Virus record (IMG/VR): IMGVR_UViG_3300044846_004348
Span: 1 to 64,000 of that record
DNA length: 64,000 nucleotides
DNA from: a virus
Strand: one strand, 5' to 3'
Under the pieces are notes generated by a model, which made no database searches, was not told the DNA's origin, and saw nothing but the letters and a program-made list of their open reading frames with translations. Positions 1-9,678 of the stretch are shown here, one piece after another. The first letter of the stretch is position 1, and each line of letters starts with the position of its first letter. The position numbers and the translations under genes are program-made.

Positions 1-1
1 C

Positions 2-3000
2 ACTACTGAATCAGAAGATTTATTTGAACCAATTGCAACTTGGTCTGGTACAGGTCCAATGTTGGATACTTCTGGAATTCTTGGAGAACCTAGGACTCCT
101 ATTGATGAGCCTAATGCTCGTCTTCCTGGAAGACTACCTGCTTTAACTGCTCAGAGTGTAAATACACTTTTAAACGATTACCCTTCTTGGGTCGCTGGTC
201 AAAGATTAGAAGCAGAAGCTGCACCAACTCTTACTAGAGATGGTTTTACTCCGAAAAGTTCTGACACATTTGAAAAGTGGAATCCTTTAGTTGCCCCTAA
301 TGCTTATAACAATCCTTGGTTAAGAACTTGGTTAGATGCTGGTGCGCAAAATAGATTTTGGTACAACCCAATAGTTCCAGAAGGAACTATTGAGGCTAAA
401 AAATCTGCTCAGGAAGTTGGTCCAGAGCCAAAAATAAACTCAACTACGACTGGTAAATCTTCATCTTCTGGTGGTGGTGTTACATACACTCCAAGAAGTT
501 TTGGTGACCCAAAGCAATATGTACAAAAAGCTAAGCAAAGAGTTTATGCTCCACAATTTGCTACTAGTATTACTGCTGCTGCAGATGTAAATGCTCTCAC
601 ACCAGAAACTTCTGATGTTCCTCCTATTTATATGGCAATCGTTGCTAGTGATGACCCTCAAGCAGTTATGGATTTAGTTTCATTAGTACCTGCTAATAAA
701 GAATCAAGCACTCCAACAACTTTTACAAGACAAAATGGTGAGTGGGTTAAAGAAGAGCAAGTTTTAAGAGATTTAAACAGTCCAACACCTCCACCTGTAG
801 TTGTGTTAGATAATGAAACACTTGCAGATGTGGTTCAACAAGTTGACGCAAATGCTCAGACTGCTTCTGCGTGGATGGAAAACTTTTTTGAAGACAGAAT
901 GCTTCAAATTGTTTGGGGTCCAAAGAATGAAATTCTTTCTTTAGTTGCTGCTGGTGGTTTGGATAGAAATCGTGGTAACGCTGAAGAACTTCGCCGTTAC
1001 TGGACAGTTGGTAGAGGTGGCGCAAAAATTCGTTGGAATACTCCAGGAGACTGGACTCGTTGCAACAGATATTTGTCTAAATATTTAGGTCCTCGTGCTA
1101 AGGGTTATTGCTCTCTTCGTCATAAAGAAATGACTGGTGTATGGCCTGGAAGTAAATACAATGTCGGGAAGAAAAAATCTTTAGTATCTTCAGTATTTTC
1201 TGAAGAGGATTTTGAGAATTCAGTTATTGAGAAGGCTAAACTTCGTGCTCAAATTGCTTCTATTAAAGCAAGAGTAATTGTTGCATCTGTAGATGAAAAC
1301 CAAGAGGGTTCTAGTTTCACTATTCCTTTGGTTATCCCAGAGGGAGTTGATTCTGGCGATGGAAGATACTTTGAAAAAGGCGCTATTGAAATGCGCGAAC
1401 TTCCACTACCTCTTTTGTGGCAAATAAAAACTGCAGAGGGTCACTCTGGCTCAGTTGTAGTTGGAAAAATTACTAATATGGATAGAACTGATGACGGTAT
1501 TGGTAATGCTAAAGGTGTTTTTGATACTGGTGAGTATGGAAAAGAAGCTGAGCGACTAGTCCGAGGAGGATTTATTCGCGGAGTTTCAGCAGATATGGAT
1601 AAGTTTGAAGCCAACGAAGAAGAATCAGAAGCTTCAGAAGAATCAGATAACAAGAAGGTTAGCGCTGGTAGAATGAAAATAACGAAAGCCCGCGTAATGG
1701 CGGTTACTATCGTTCCAAAACCAGCATTTCAAGAATGCAGAATTATTCTTGATGAAATGGTTTCCTATAAGGAGGAAGACGTGGTTCCAGACGGCGTATA
1801 CGTCGAAGGTATAGATGAGTTGGAAGCTTCAGCTTTAGTTGCTTGCGGTGTAGTTGCTGGTGCAATTCCAGTTAATCCCCCAATGAACTGGTTTGACAAT
1901 CCAAAACTTAAAAAACCAACAGGTTTAACTGTTACAGACGAAGGTCAAGTTTTCGGTCACATTGCTGCTTGGCATGTAGATCATATTGGTATGTCTTTTG
2001 GTACTAGACCACCAAGAAGTAAAAGTAATTATTCATACTTTCATACAGGATTAGTTAAGACAGATTCGGGAGAAGATGTTCCAGTTGGTCAATTGACTTT
2101 AGCTGGTGGACATGCTCCATTAGAAGCATCTGCTCACGAGGCAGTTCGTCACTACGATGACACGGCATCTGCTGTAGCAGACGTTCATGCTGGTGAAGAT
2201 TCTTACGGTATTTGGGTTGCTGGAGCACTTCGTCCAGGAACTAGTCCAGAGCAAGTTCGCGCACTTCGTGCATCTGCACCTTCTGGTGATTGGCGTCCAA
2301 TTAAAGGTTCTCTTGAACTTGTTGCAGTTTGTCAAGTAAATGTTCCAGGATTCCCAATTGCTCGTGCTCGTGTTGCATCAGGTCAGGTAATGGCTTTGGT
2401 TGCAGCAGGTGCAAGTACCCTTGCAAAATTAAAAAATGATCCTTTAAAAGAATTAAATACAAGAATTCAAAAATTAGAACAAGCAGAGAAAGCCCCACTA
2501 GTTGCTGCCGCTCAAGAAGTTGCAGACAGATTTAAAACTATGGAAGCTTCAATTAAAGCTGAAGAACTTTCTGCTCGTTTTGCTGAAATTAAAAAAGATT
2601 CAGATCCAGACTGGACTTACATGGAGCAGACTTTGGATGATAATCCAGAGGCAGAACTAGCAGTAGTTTCTAGAAGAATTAGAGAGCGTCTAGCAAAAGA
2701 AGGTAAGGCTCTCAAAGATGGTTCTTACCCTATTAGAAATGTTGCAGATCTTAAGAATGCAATTCAAGCCTATGGAAGAGCAAAAGAAGGCAAGCGTGCA
2801 TTGGTTAAAAAGCACATTATGCGTCGTGCTCGTGGTTTAGAAAGAGCAGACTTAATTCCAGATAAGTGGAAAGAAGCAGCTCTTTTAAACTACTTAGGCG
2901 AATCTGAAGAACTTTTTGAAAATTCTGAAGCAGTTTTTCAAAAGTCCCCAATTGAAGATGCTATTGATATTGAGGGTTTAACAGATGAAGAGATTGATCA

Positions 3001-3559
3001 ACTAAAAAAAGAAGTTAAGGCCGAGAAAAAAGTAGACGAGGCGACTCGAGCCAAATACACCCCTGATACGCAGCCTCGTGACTCTGCAGGAAAATTCCGT
3101 CAAATATTAGCCCGAATCAAATTTGATGCTGGAATATCTGGTCTTGATAGAGTTTTGGAAAAAGTAGAAGAAACAGAAAATTTTGATAGCGCTGGGAACT
3201 ATGCTGGTGCAGCAAAAGCTGCTGGAGACTTAATTAGCATCATAGACAGATTAGATGCAAAAGCCTTAAACCCAGAATCACTAGAAAATGTAAGAAACAG
3301 TGCTGGAGAACTTGGAAAGGTTATCGCTAACCTCCCATTTGCCTTCGGTGAAGACGCTCAGAAGATTAGATTTAGCGATGTCCCACCAGCGCTAAGGGAT
3401 CTTATTGAAGACATGATTACTCGTGTAGAGGCAAAAATTGGTCCAGAAGATGCCGATATTGCCACAGCAGATTTAAAGAAATTTATGTCTGGTTCAGAAC
3501 TTTATAATCAGAGCGAAATTTCCTCTGAAATGAGTAAATTACTGAGGCTTTTAACTTAA
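2..3559 (+). CDS. Large multidomain head protein containing the capsid maturation (prohead) protease; 5'-truncated by the window edge
   Basis: Frame is open from nt 2 to the ATG at 59, so the true start is probably upstream. HK97-like protease segment (IPEGVDSGDGR..LPLPLLWQ..GHSGSVVVG..IRGVSAD); actinophage head motif GNAEELRRYW..KIRWNTPGDWTRC; DUF6582-like DGSYPIRNVADLKNAIQAYGR; QPRDSAGKF motif; lies directly upstream of the major capsid gene. Confidence 0.75.
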   Translation, partial: TTESEDLFEPIATWSGTGPMLDTSGILGEPRTPIDEPNARLPGRLPALTAQSVNTLLNDYPSWVAGQRLEAEAAPTLTRDGFTPKSSDTFEKWNPLVAPNAYNNPWLRTWLDAGAQNRFWYNPIVPEGTIEAKKSAQEVGPEPKINSTTTGKSSSSGGGVTYTPRSFGDPKQYVQKAKQRVYAPQFATSITAAADVNALTPETSDVPPIYMAIVASDDPQAVMDLVSLVPANKESSTPTTFTRQNGEWVKEEQVLRDLNSPTPPPVVVLDNETLADVVQQVDANAQTASAWMENFFEDRMLQIVWGPKNEILSLVAAGGLDRNRGNAEELRRYWTVGRGGAKIRWNTPGDWTRCNRYLSKYLGPRAKGYCSLRHKEMTGVWPGSKYNVGKKKSLVSSVFSEEDFENSVIEKAKLRAQIASIKARVIVASVDENQEGSSFTIPLVIPEGVDSGDGRYFEKGAIEMRELPLPLLWQIKTAEGHSGSVVVGKITNMDRTDDGIGNAKGVFDTGEYGKEAERLVRGGFIRGVSADMDKFEANEEESEASEESDNKKVSAGRMKITKARVMAVTIVPKPAFQECRIILDEMVSYKEEDVVPDGVYVEGIDELEASALVACGVVAGAIPVNPPMNWFDNPKLKKPTGLTVTDEGQVFGHIAAWHVDHIGMSFGTRPPRSKSNYSYFHTGLVKTDSGEDVPVGQLTLAGGHAPLEASAHEAVRHYDDTASAVADVHAGEDSYGIWVAGALRPGTSPEQVRALRASAPSGDWRPIKGSLELVAVCQVNVPGFPIARARVASGQVMALVAAGASTLAKLKNDPLKELNTRIQKLEQAEKAPLVAAAQEVADRFKTMEASIKAEELSARFAEIKKDSDPDWTYMEQTLDDNPEAELAVVSRRIRERLAKEGKALKDGSYPIRNVADLKNAIQAYGRAKEGKRALVKKHIMRRARGLERADLIPDKWKEAALLNYLGESEELFENSEAVFQKSPIEDAIDIEGLTDEEIDQLKKEVKAEKKVDEATRAKYTPDTQPRDSAGKFRQILARIKFDAGISGLDRVLEKVEETENFDSAGNYAGAAKAAGDLISIIDRLDAKALNPESLENVRNSAGELGKVIANLPFAFGEDAQKIRFSDVPPALRDLIEDMITRVEAKIGPEDADIATADLKKFMSGSELYNQSEISSEMSKLLRLLT

Positions 3560-3640
3560 TTTATAAAGAGCCTAAATAGGTGTTTATTCGTACAGAACGA
3601 GCAAATTGACCTTTTAAAAGTAATGTAATATTTAGTAATA

Positions 3641-3750
3641 GGTGGAGTGCCTCCGCGCATACTTGCGTTTCGGAGTCCCTCGGCCCCGACTGATTAAGCG
3701 GATATTTAGGAAGTTCCTTTATATCACTAACTGCCCGAGGAGGGACAGTG
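3641..3750 (+). promoter_or_regulatory. GC-rich structured 5' leader of the major capsid gene, with an anti-SD stem
   Basis: Hairpins CTCCG-CGCA/TGCG-CGGAG (3651-3675) and GATAT..AGGAA/TTCCT..ATATC (3701-3725); GTCCCTC (3675-3681) is complementary to GAGGGAC (3740-3746), which overlaps the RBS. Confidence 0.55.
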
Positions 3751-5886
3751 GATCAACTCAAAGAAAAGCTAGATGTTCTTGCTGATCTTGACGACTCACA
3801 GGTTGCCGAGTTTCAAAAAGAAATCATTAGCCAGTTCGAGTCAGTTGAGAAAGAAGATCCTACTCCCCAAACAGTTGACGCGATGACGTCGCTTGCCGAC
3901 ATGCTTGACTCTGTTCGTTCAGAGGTTAAGCGCCGCGAGGCACAAGCAATTGAGCTTTCACAAAAAGCTGCAGAAGCTGCTTCTCGTGTTTACGGTCAAG
4001 ATGGCGACACAGAAGAAGAAATGGATTCAACAGAAGCAATGCCTTCTGAAGACACTCCAATGAAAAAACCTTCTGAAGAAACAGAAGAAATTATGGACAC
4101 AGCTGAAGAAGCAAAGCCAAAACCTGATACCGAAGCAGCAATGCATGAGGATAAGAAGGAAGAAGTTGTTGCTGAAGAAGAAGAAGATGTCCAAGAAGAC
4201 AAGGAGAAAAAGTCCATGACTGAAGCGTCGACCGATGCGGATAAGACCGTAGAACTCTCGACTGAGACAGAAATTGTAACTGAGACTGCACCCGCAGTTG
4301 AAGAAACAGTTGTTGCTTCTGCAGAAGAAATTGCAGAAGTAAAAGAAGAAGAAGCAGTAGTTGCGTCTGCTGAAGATGATAAACCATCTGAAGAAGAAGT
4401 AGCACCTGCAGAAGAAGAAGTAGTTGCTGAAGAAGCACCTGCAACTGAAGAAGCCGTAGCAGAAGAAGTTGCTGAAGAAGCAACTGAAGCTGATGCCGCT
4501 GCAGAAGTTGAAGATGGTTCCGAAGCTGCTGCAAAAGAAACCCAAACCGCACAAACCGTGCAGGAAGATAACATGGAGGCACCTGTGACCGCTGCTGCAG
4601 ATAAAGCAGACAACCTCAATATTGAGGTCCCAGCTGACCGTCGTCCAACCTCTCGGACATCTGCCGCTCCTGTGGCAATCACAGCAGGCGCAGATATCCC
4701 AGGTTATACCGCTGGCAGTCCGCTAGAAGATATGAAAACCGTTGCTGAAGCAATGTCAAAGCGTTTACACACACTACGTCGTGTAAATGGTGGAGACGGA
4801 GAGCAACACATCGTTGCATCTTTTGCAACACAGTACCCAGAAGAAAGAACTCTGACAACAGATCCAGAGTCTAACTGGGTAAAAATCAATGCTGTAACTT
4901 CTCCAGAAGCACTTGTTGCTTCAGGTGGACACGTTGCACCATTTGAAACTAAGTACGATATTTTCGGACTTGGTACCACAGTACGTCCAGTTCGTGACGC
5001 ACTACCTCGTTTCCAAGCAGATCGTGGCGGTATCCGCTTCGTTACTCCACCAGTACTTAGCGATTACGCTAACGCTGTTGGTGTATGGACTGCTGCAAAC
5101 GATTCAGCAGTAACACCAGATCCAGCCGCAAAAACTAGCTTGACAGTTACATCAGCCGCAGAAAACTCTGTAGCAACTGATGCTGTAACTCTTCAACTAC
5201 AATTCGGTAACTTGATGACTCGTGCATACCCAGAACTAATTGCACGTCACAACGAGTTAGGTCTGATCCAACATGCACGCGAAGCTGAACAATACTTGCT
5301 TAGCAAGGTTGCTGCAGGTTCAACAGCAGTTACAACCACTTCCCTAATCGGTTTTGGTCGTGACTTCTTAGTACAAGTTGGTCGTGCCGCTGCTGCTTAT
5401 CGTTCACGTCACCGTATGGAAGCAGACGCACCAATCCGCGTTATTGCTCCATCATGGGTACGCGACGCAATGCAAGCCGATCTAGCTCTATCTATGCCTG
5501 GCGATGGCTCTCTTGCCGTCTCAGCAAGTGAGATTGATGGCTACCTAGCAGCTCGCAACATTGTTGCAAGCTACTCACTAGATCAGAACGTGTTTGGATC
5601 TCAAGGCGTCTCAGCATTAGTTGAGTTCGCAGATTCATTCACATGGTACCTATTCGCTGAAGGAACATTCTTGTTCCTAGACGGTGGTACTTTGGATCTA
5701 GGCATCATCCGTGACAGCTCTCTAGTTGGAACCAACGATTACAAAATGTTCGTTGAGACCTTCGAAGGTGTTGCCAAAGTTGGTGTTGAAGGCTTAGTTA
5801 TCACTTCAACCATCTCTGTGAACGGTGTAGCTGCTGCTCTCCGTGATACAACAGGTGGCGCAACTGCTGCGGCAATTGAGTACTAA
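3748..5886 (+). CDS. Major capsid protein with a long acidic N-terminal scaffold-like extension
   Basis: SD GAGGAGG plus GTG; about 280 aa Glu/Ala-rich N-terminus, then an actinophage-type capsid core (ALVASGG, RDALPRFQADRGGIRF, GTLDLGIIRDSSLVGTNDY..FVETFEG); position after the protease gene. Confidence 0.85.
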   Translation: MDQLKEKLDVLADLDDSQVAEFQKEIISQFESVEKEDPTPQTVDAMTSLADMLDSVRSEVKRREAQAIELSQKAAEAASRVYGQDGDTEEEMDSTEAMPSEDTPMKKPSEETEEIMDTAEEAKPKPDTEAAMHEDKKEEVVAEEEEDVQEDKEKKSMTEASTDADKTVELSTETEIVTETAPAVEETVVASAEEIAEVKEEEAVVASAEDDKPSEEEVAPAEEEVVAEEAPATEEAVAEEVAEEATEADAAAEVEDGSEAAAKETQTAQTVQEDNMEAPVTAAADKADNLNIEVPADRRPTSRTSAAPVAITAGADIPGYTAGSPLEDMKTVAEAMSKRLHTLRRVNGGDGEQHIVASFATQYPEERTLTTDPESNWVKINAVTSPEALVASGGHVAPFETKYDIFGLGTTVRPVRDALPRFQADRGGIRFVTPPVLSDYANAVGVWTAANDSAVTPDPAAKTSLTVTSAAENSVATDAVTLQLQFGNLMTRAYPELIARHNELGLIQHAREAEQYLLSKVAAGSTAVTTTSLIGFGRDFLVQVGRAAAAYRSRHRMEADAPIRVIAPSWVRDAMQADLALSMPGDGSLAVSASEIDGYLAARNIVASYSLDQNVFGSQGVSALVEFADSFTWYLFAEGTFLFLDGGTLDLGIIRDSSLVGTNDYKMFVETFEGVAKVGVEGLVITSTISVNGVAAALRDTTGGATAAAIEY

Positions 5887-5949
5887 ACCAACCCATAAGT
5901 AATAAGTAACAACGAGTCAGCGCTCAAGAATCTAAAGGAGAAGTAGAAG

Positions 5950-6822
5950 ATGGCATTTCGTGGAGTTTATTCAGCACCCGATTTGGTACCTGCCCCCTGC
6001 GGAGTCTTGAGCGTTGCTCGTGTTATGACACACACCGCTCGTAACTACGATGAGCGTTGGATTAGAGGTTTTTCTTATGAATTTGAATCTAATCCAACTG
6101 TAAATTTATTAGATGAAACTGGCGCAAGCGCCGAATTAATTTTTGACGGAACCGTTGCTGAGAGATATCAAGACTATAAACCATTTTTTATTGAAGTTGA
6201 AGATTTTACTTCGACATTTGGTTTACCTGGTGAAGATCGTATGGCTCAAGTTAAAAACCAACTTGAAGCTGCAACACAAAAAGCTGTAGAACGCGAACTA
6301 TGGGATGGTCCAGTAGCCACAGCAGATACAAATGGAAATAATTTCCTAACAAAAACTTCCGCATCCACAGTGGTTGCGGCAGGGGCACACCCAGCAGATA
6401 AAGCATTGTTCCATTTAGAGCAAGCATTAGCTAATTCTCCAGTAGGAGCAAAAGGTGTGATCCACATGACCAGAGATGTAGCTTCAATACTTGGCTCCAG
6501 ACTGGTTTATGTAAATACAAATGAAGGTAAATCAGGAAGAGCTATGACTCGTTTGGGAACAGATGTAGTTATTGGTTCTGGATACACAGGAAACGGTCCA
6601 ATTGGAACTGCAAATGCAACAGCATCTGCAACTAATCGTTGGATGTTTGCTACTGGTCCACTAGACATACATTTAGGAAAAGTTGAAGTAATAAACGACA
6701 ACTTGGCACAAGGTGTAGATGCTAGTATTAATGATATGCGTATTAAAGCAGTGAGACCAGCTGCGGTTTATTTTGACCCATCTTGTCACTACACAATGCG
6801 CGTAGCAGTACCTTCAATATAA
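5950..6822 (+). CDS. Virion structural protein (minor capsid/decoration-like)
   Basis: SD AAGGAG; lies between the capsid and major tail genes, as in actinophages with this capsid type. Confidence 0.55.
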   Translation: MAFRGVYSAPDLVPAPCGVLSVARVMTHTARNYDERWIRGFSYEFESNPTVNLLDETGASAELIFDGTVAERYQDYKPFFIEVEDFTSTFGLPGEDRMAQVKNQLEAATQKAVERELWDGPVATADTNGNNFLTKTSASTVVAAGAHPADKALFHLEQALANSPVGAKGVIHMTRDVASILGSRLVYVNTNEGKSGRAMTRLGTDVVIGSGYTGNGPIGTANATASATNRWMFATGPLDIHLGKVEVINDNLAQGVDASINDMRIKAVRPAAVYFDPSCHYTMRVAVPSI

Positions 6823-6866
6823 AAAGTTAGAACAACCAAAGCCACTAAAACAAGGAGAACTAAGGA

Positions 6867-7913
6867 ATGGCCACTCAGGACTATGCGGCTAGCGTTCAAG
6901 GTGTGTCGATCCGAGTCACTAGACTGGACGCCGCTGGAAACTTGCTCAACGGAGCAGGAGACAGCTACACAACTTCGGCGTTCCTCCGCACATCATTCAC
7001 CCCAGAGTACGAAGAGGGTGACGAAATTGTAGAGAAGTCAGCAGACGGCACAGTATGTGTATCATACAAAGCCCCTGACACACTCAAAAGAATAACAATG
7101 GAATTGGCTATTTGTGAGCCAGATCCAGAACTAACTGCACTTATTTCTGGCGGTTTGTTGCTTCGTAGAAACGAAGGAACATTCAGCTCCCCAGATAATA
7201 AATCCGTTGGTTGGGCAGCACCTTCAGTTGGAGATGATCCAACAGGAAATGGTGTTGCATTAGAATGCTGGTCATTTGCTGTTAAAGATGGTCGCCGTGC
7301 TTCTGAACAACCATACTTTCACTGGATTTTCCCATACGCAAAACTTCGCCAAAGCGGAGATCGCGTAATCGAAAATGGAATGCTTGCAACCACATTTGAA
7401 GGTTACGGACTTGGAAACGTTCTATTCGGAGCTGGACTAGATGGCCGTTGGGAATACCCAATTGCTTCAGAACGCTCATACGCTTATGCTCGCTCATACT
7501 GGGCGCCACAGGGACTAAAAGGTTTCTACACATGGCACCCTAATTTAGCAGCAAATGTTAACAACAAATCTTTAACAAGCAACATTGCTACATTGACAAC
7601 TTCAGCTGCTCATGGTTTTGAAGTTGGTCAAAGTGTGACCGTTGCTGGTGTTGATTCAACATTTAACGGTACTTACACAATTACTGCTGTTCCAACTACT
7701 ACAACATTCCGTTATGCAAAGACTGCAACAAATGTTGAGTCTACTGCTGTATCTCCAGTAGGAACTGCTGTACGTAATGCTGGTTATGTTGCTGTGACAG
7801 ATTTTGCTTCACAGACTTCAACAACAAGTTTCAACGTCCCAGGTAGCGAAGAATATAATGCCGATCTACCAATCGACTTTATTATTGCTTCAACCGAGGA
7901 TCCAACTTCGTAA
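6867..7913 (+). CDS. Major tail (tube) protein with one inserted FCCH-like beta-barrel
   Basis: IRVTRLDAAG..EYEEGDEI.EKSADG..CV motif of actinophage tail tubes; insert TLTTSAAHGFEVGQSVTVAGVDSTFNGTYTIT; followed by a terminator. Confidence 0.8.
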   Translation: MATQDYAASVQGVSIRVTRLDAAGNLLNGAGDSYTTSAFLRTSFTPEYEEGDEIVEKSADGTVCVSYKAPDTLKRITMELAICEPDPELTALISGGLLLRRNEGTFSSPDNKSVGWAAPSVGDDPTGNGVALECWSFAVKDGRRASEQPYFHWIFPYAKLRQSGDRVIENGMLATTFEGYGLGNVLFGAGLDGRWEYPIASERSYAYARSYWAPQGLKGFYTWHPNLAANVNNKSLTSNIATLTTSAAHGFEVGQSVTVAGVDSTFNGTYTITAVPTTTTFRYAKTATNVESTAVSPVGTAVRNAGYVAVTDFASQTSTTSFNVPGSEEYNADLPIDFIIASTEDPTS

Positions 7914-7928
7914 ATTAGATTACAAAGT

Positions 7929-7978
7929 GGGCGATGTGCTGCATGTGTGTATAGTACACGCAGTCATCGCCCCCTTTT
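7929..7978 (+). terminator. Rho-independent terminator after the major tail gene
   Basis: GGGCGATG/CATCGCCC stem with inner GTGTA/TACAC pairing, then a T-rich tract. Confidence 0.7.
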
Positions 7979-7999
7979 AATTTATAGAGGATGTGAGAT

Positions 8000-9145
8000 A
8001 TGACCACAAATTTATGGACTAACGTAGAAGAGTTAGATGACTATGCTAACTCTGATTACGCATATGATGCTGTAAAAACTGCATCCTATCTTTTGTGGGC
8101 TTTATCTGGAAGAAAATTTAGCGGTACTACAACAGTTACCGAAAGATATACATGTACTTATGATCCATATCTTAGAACTGGTGGGTCTTCTCTTAACTAT
8201 TGGCCAGCATTAATCGATGGCTCTGTTTACAATGTCCCTGCTGGTGGTGGCGTTGATAGAGGTTCAGCTCATGATTTAATGGCTGACGGTACTTCGGTAC
8301 ACACAAAACTTCGCCTTAGAGGACGTAAAGTTTTAAAAGTTCATACAGTTAGAAATATAGATGGAACTATTGTTCCTCCAAGTCAGTATTTTCTACAGGA
8401 TCATTCAATTCTTCAAGGAACACCCAACGCTAGTTGGTTAGCGTGCAATATTGAAGTTACTTATACATATGGAACACCACCACCAAGTGCTGGTCGATCC
8501 GCTGCAAGAGTTCTTGCAAAAGAGTTAGTAAAACTTTACGAGGGTGATGACACTTGTGCTTTACCTCAAAGAGTTACTTCTATTGCTCGTCAAGGTGTTT
8601 CTTATACAGTTTTAGATAATCAAGATTTTATTGATGAACTAAAAACTGGTATTTACGCCGTTGACCTCTTTCTAAGAGCATCTAACCCAGACAAAGCAAG
8701 AGCAAGAGCAAGAGTATTTACCCCAGATGTGCCTAGAGCAAGAAGAACTGTTCCAGAAGCTCCTATGGTTCCAACAAGTTCTTTTGATTTAGTAGTTAAT
8801 GCAGATGGAGGAGCCGTTCTTCTTTATCTTGATGAGTTAGGTGCAGGTTTCCTAACTGAAGATAATTCTTGGACAGTGCACTCAGAAGTTTCTAATTATG
8901 ACAACACCACTACAGAAACTCTAACTGCATCTACTACTTTAGATAGAAGTTTGGAAACAATAACAGTTTCTACATCTTACAATGACATATTAAATATTTT
9001 AGGTCCACGTAATCCTGGTCTTTTAACAGTTATTGCAACACGACCAAGCCTAGGTAACCCTGCGGTAGATGAAATAATTAATTTGGTTGAGAGTAACGCT
9101 ATTATCCAACTCGGAGACCGATTAACACCTATAAGACTTATATAA
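8000..9145 (+). CDS. Head-to-tail adaptor
   Basis: ASYLLWALSGRKF, EVTYTYG.PPP, CALPQRVTSIARQGVS motifs typical of actinophage adaptors. Confidence 0.75.
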   Translation: MTTNLWTNVEELDDYANSDYAYDAVKTASYLLWALSGRKFSGTTTVTERYTCTYDPYLRTGGSSLNYWPALIDGSVYNVPAGGGVDRGSAHDLMADGTSVHTKLRLRGRKVLKVHTVRNIDGTIVPPSQYFLQDHSILQGTPNASWLACNIEVTYTYGTPPPSAGRSAARVLAKELVKLYEGDDTCALPQRVTSIARQGVSYTVLDNQDFIDELKTGIYAVDLFLRASNPDKARARARVFTPDVPRARRTVPEAPMVPTSSFDLVVNADGGAVLLYLDELGAGFLTEDNSWTVHSEVSNYDNTTTETLTASTTLDRSLETITVSTSYNDILNILGPRNPGLLTVIATRPSLGNPAVDEIINLVESNAIIQLGDRLTPIRLI

Positions 9146-9171
9146 AACAAAAACGATAAAAGGAGAAAAAG

Positions 9172-9678
9172 ATGTCTACATTGCCAGATTTATCAGGCGT
9201 TAGTCAGGAAGCTAAGGCTTTATCGGAGTTAATGCAATTAGTTTTAGATAAATTAGAAAATGTTTATGATTCATACAGCATGCCTCTACCTGCTCGTAGG
9301 TATTGGACTTTTGGCACACCTTCAGTTGATTGCGAACAAGTAGTAGTTTCTTTTAATCAGTTGTATTTAGGTCCTCCAGGAGATGAGGCAACTGAGCCTC
9401 GTCGTTGTAGAGATCCTAGAACTGCTGTATTAAATATTTCTGTATCTAGACCAGTTCCAGTAGTTGGTCCAAGTGGTGCACCTCCAACAGCAAATGCAAT
9501 TATTGAGGGCTCTCTAGCTGCAGCATATGACGCATGGATTCTTATGGAAAACGCTGCTCAACTAGATACTTGGGAGACTTCAGGTTTCGGTTTAGGTGTT
9601 ATTGCAACTGTATCTGCAATTCAACCAGAGGGTGGATTTCAAACAGTAGTGCTTACTCTAACTCTGGCAGTTCCGTAA
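9172..9678 (+). CDS. Tail terminator / head-tail joining protein
   Basis: SD AAGGAG; size and position in the neck module. Confidence 0.55.
   Translation: MSTLPDLSGVSQEAKALSELMQLVLDKLENVYDSYSMPLPARRYWTFGTPSVDCEQVVVSFNQLYLGPPGDEATEPRRCRDPRTAVLNISVSRPVPVVGPSGAPPTANAIIEGSLAAAYDAWILMENAAQLDTWETSGFGLGVIATVSAIQPEGGFQTVVLTLTLAVP

Noticed and set aside
3996-4979. Minus-strand ORFs (228, 175, 163 and 91 aa) opposite the capsid gene
   Set aside because: Shadows of Glu/Ala-rich codons (poly-Ser, Phe or Leu products) with no plausible protein features
9534-9677. Track start of the 178-aa ORF at 9534
   Set aside because: It overlaps the upstream gene by about 145 nt; the coupled ATG at 9678 is the more plausible start
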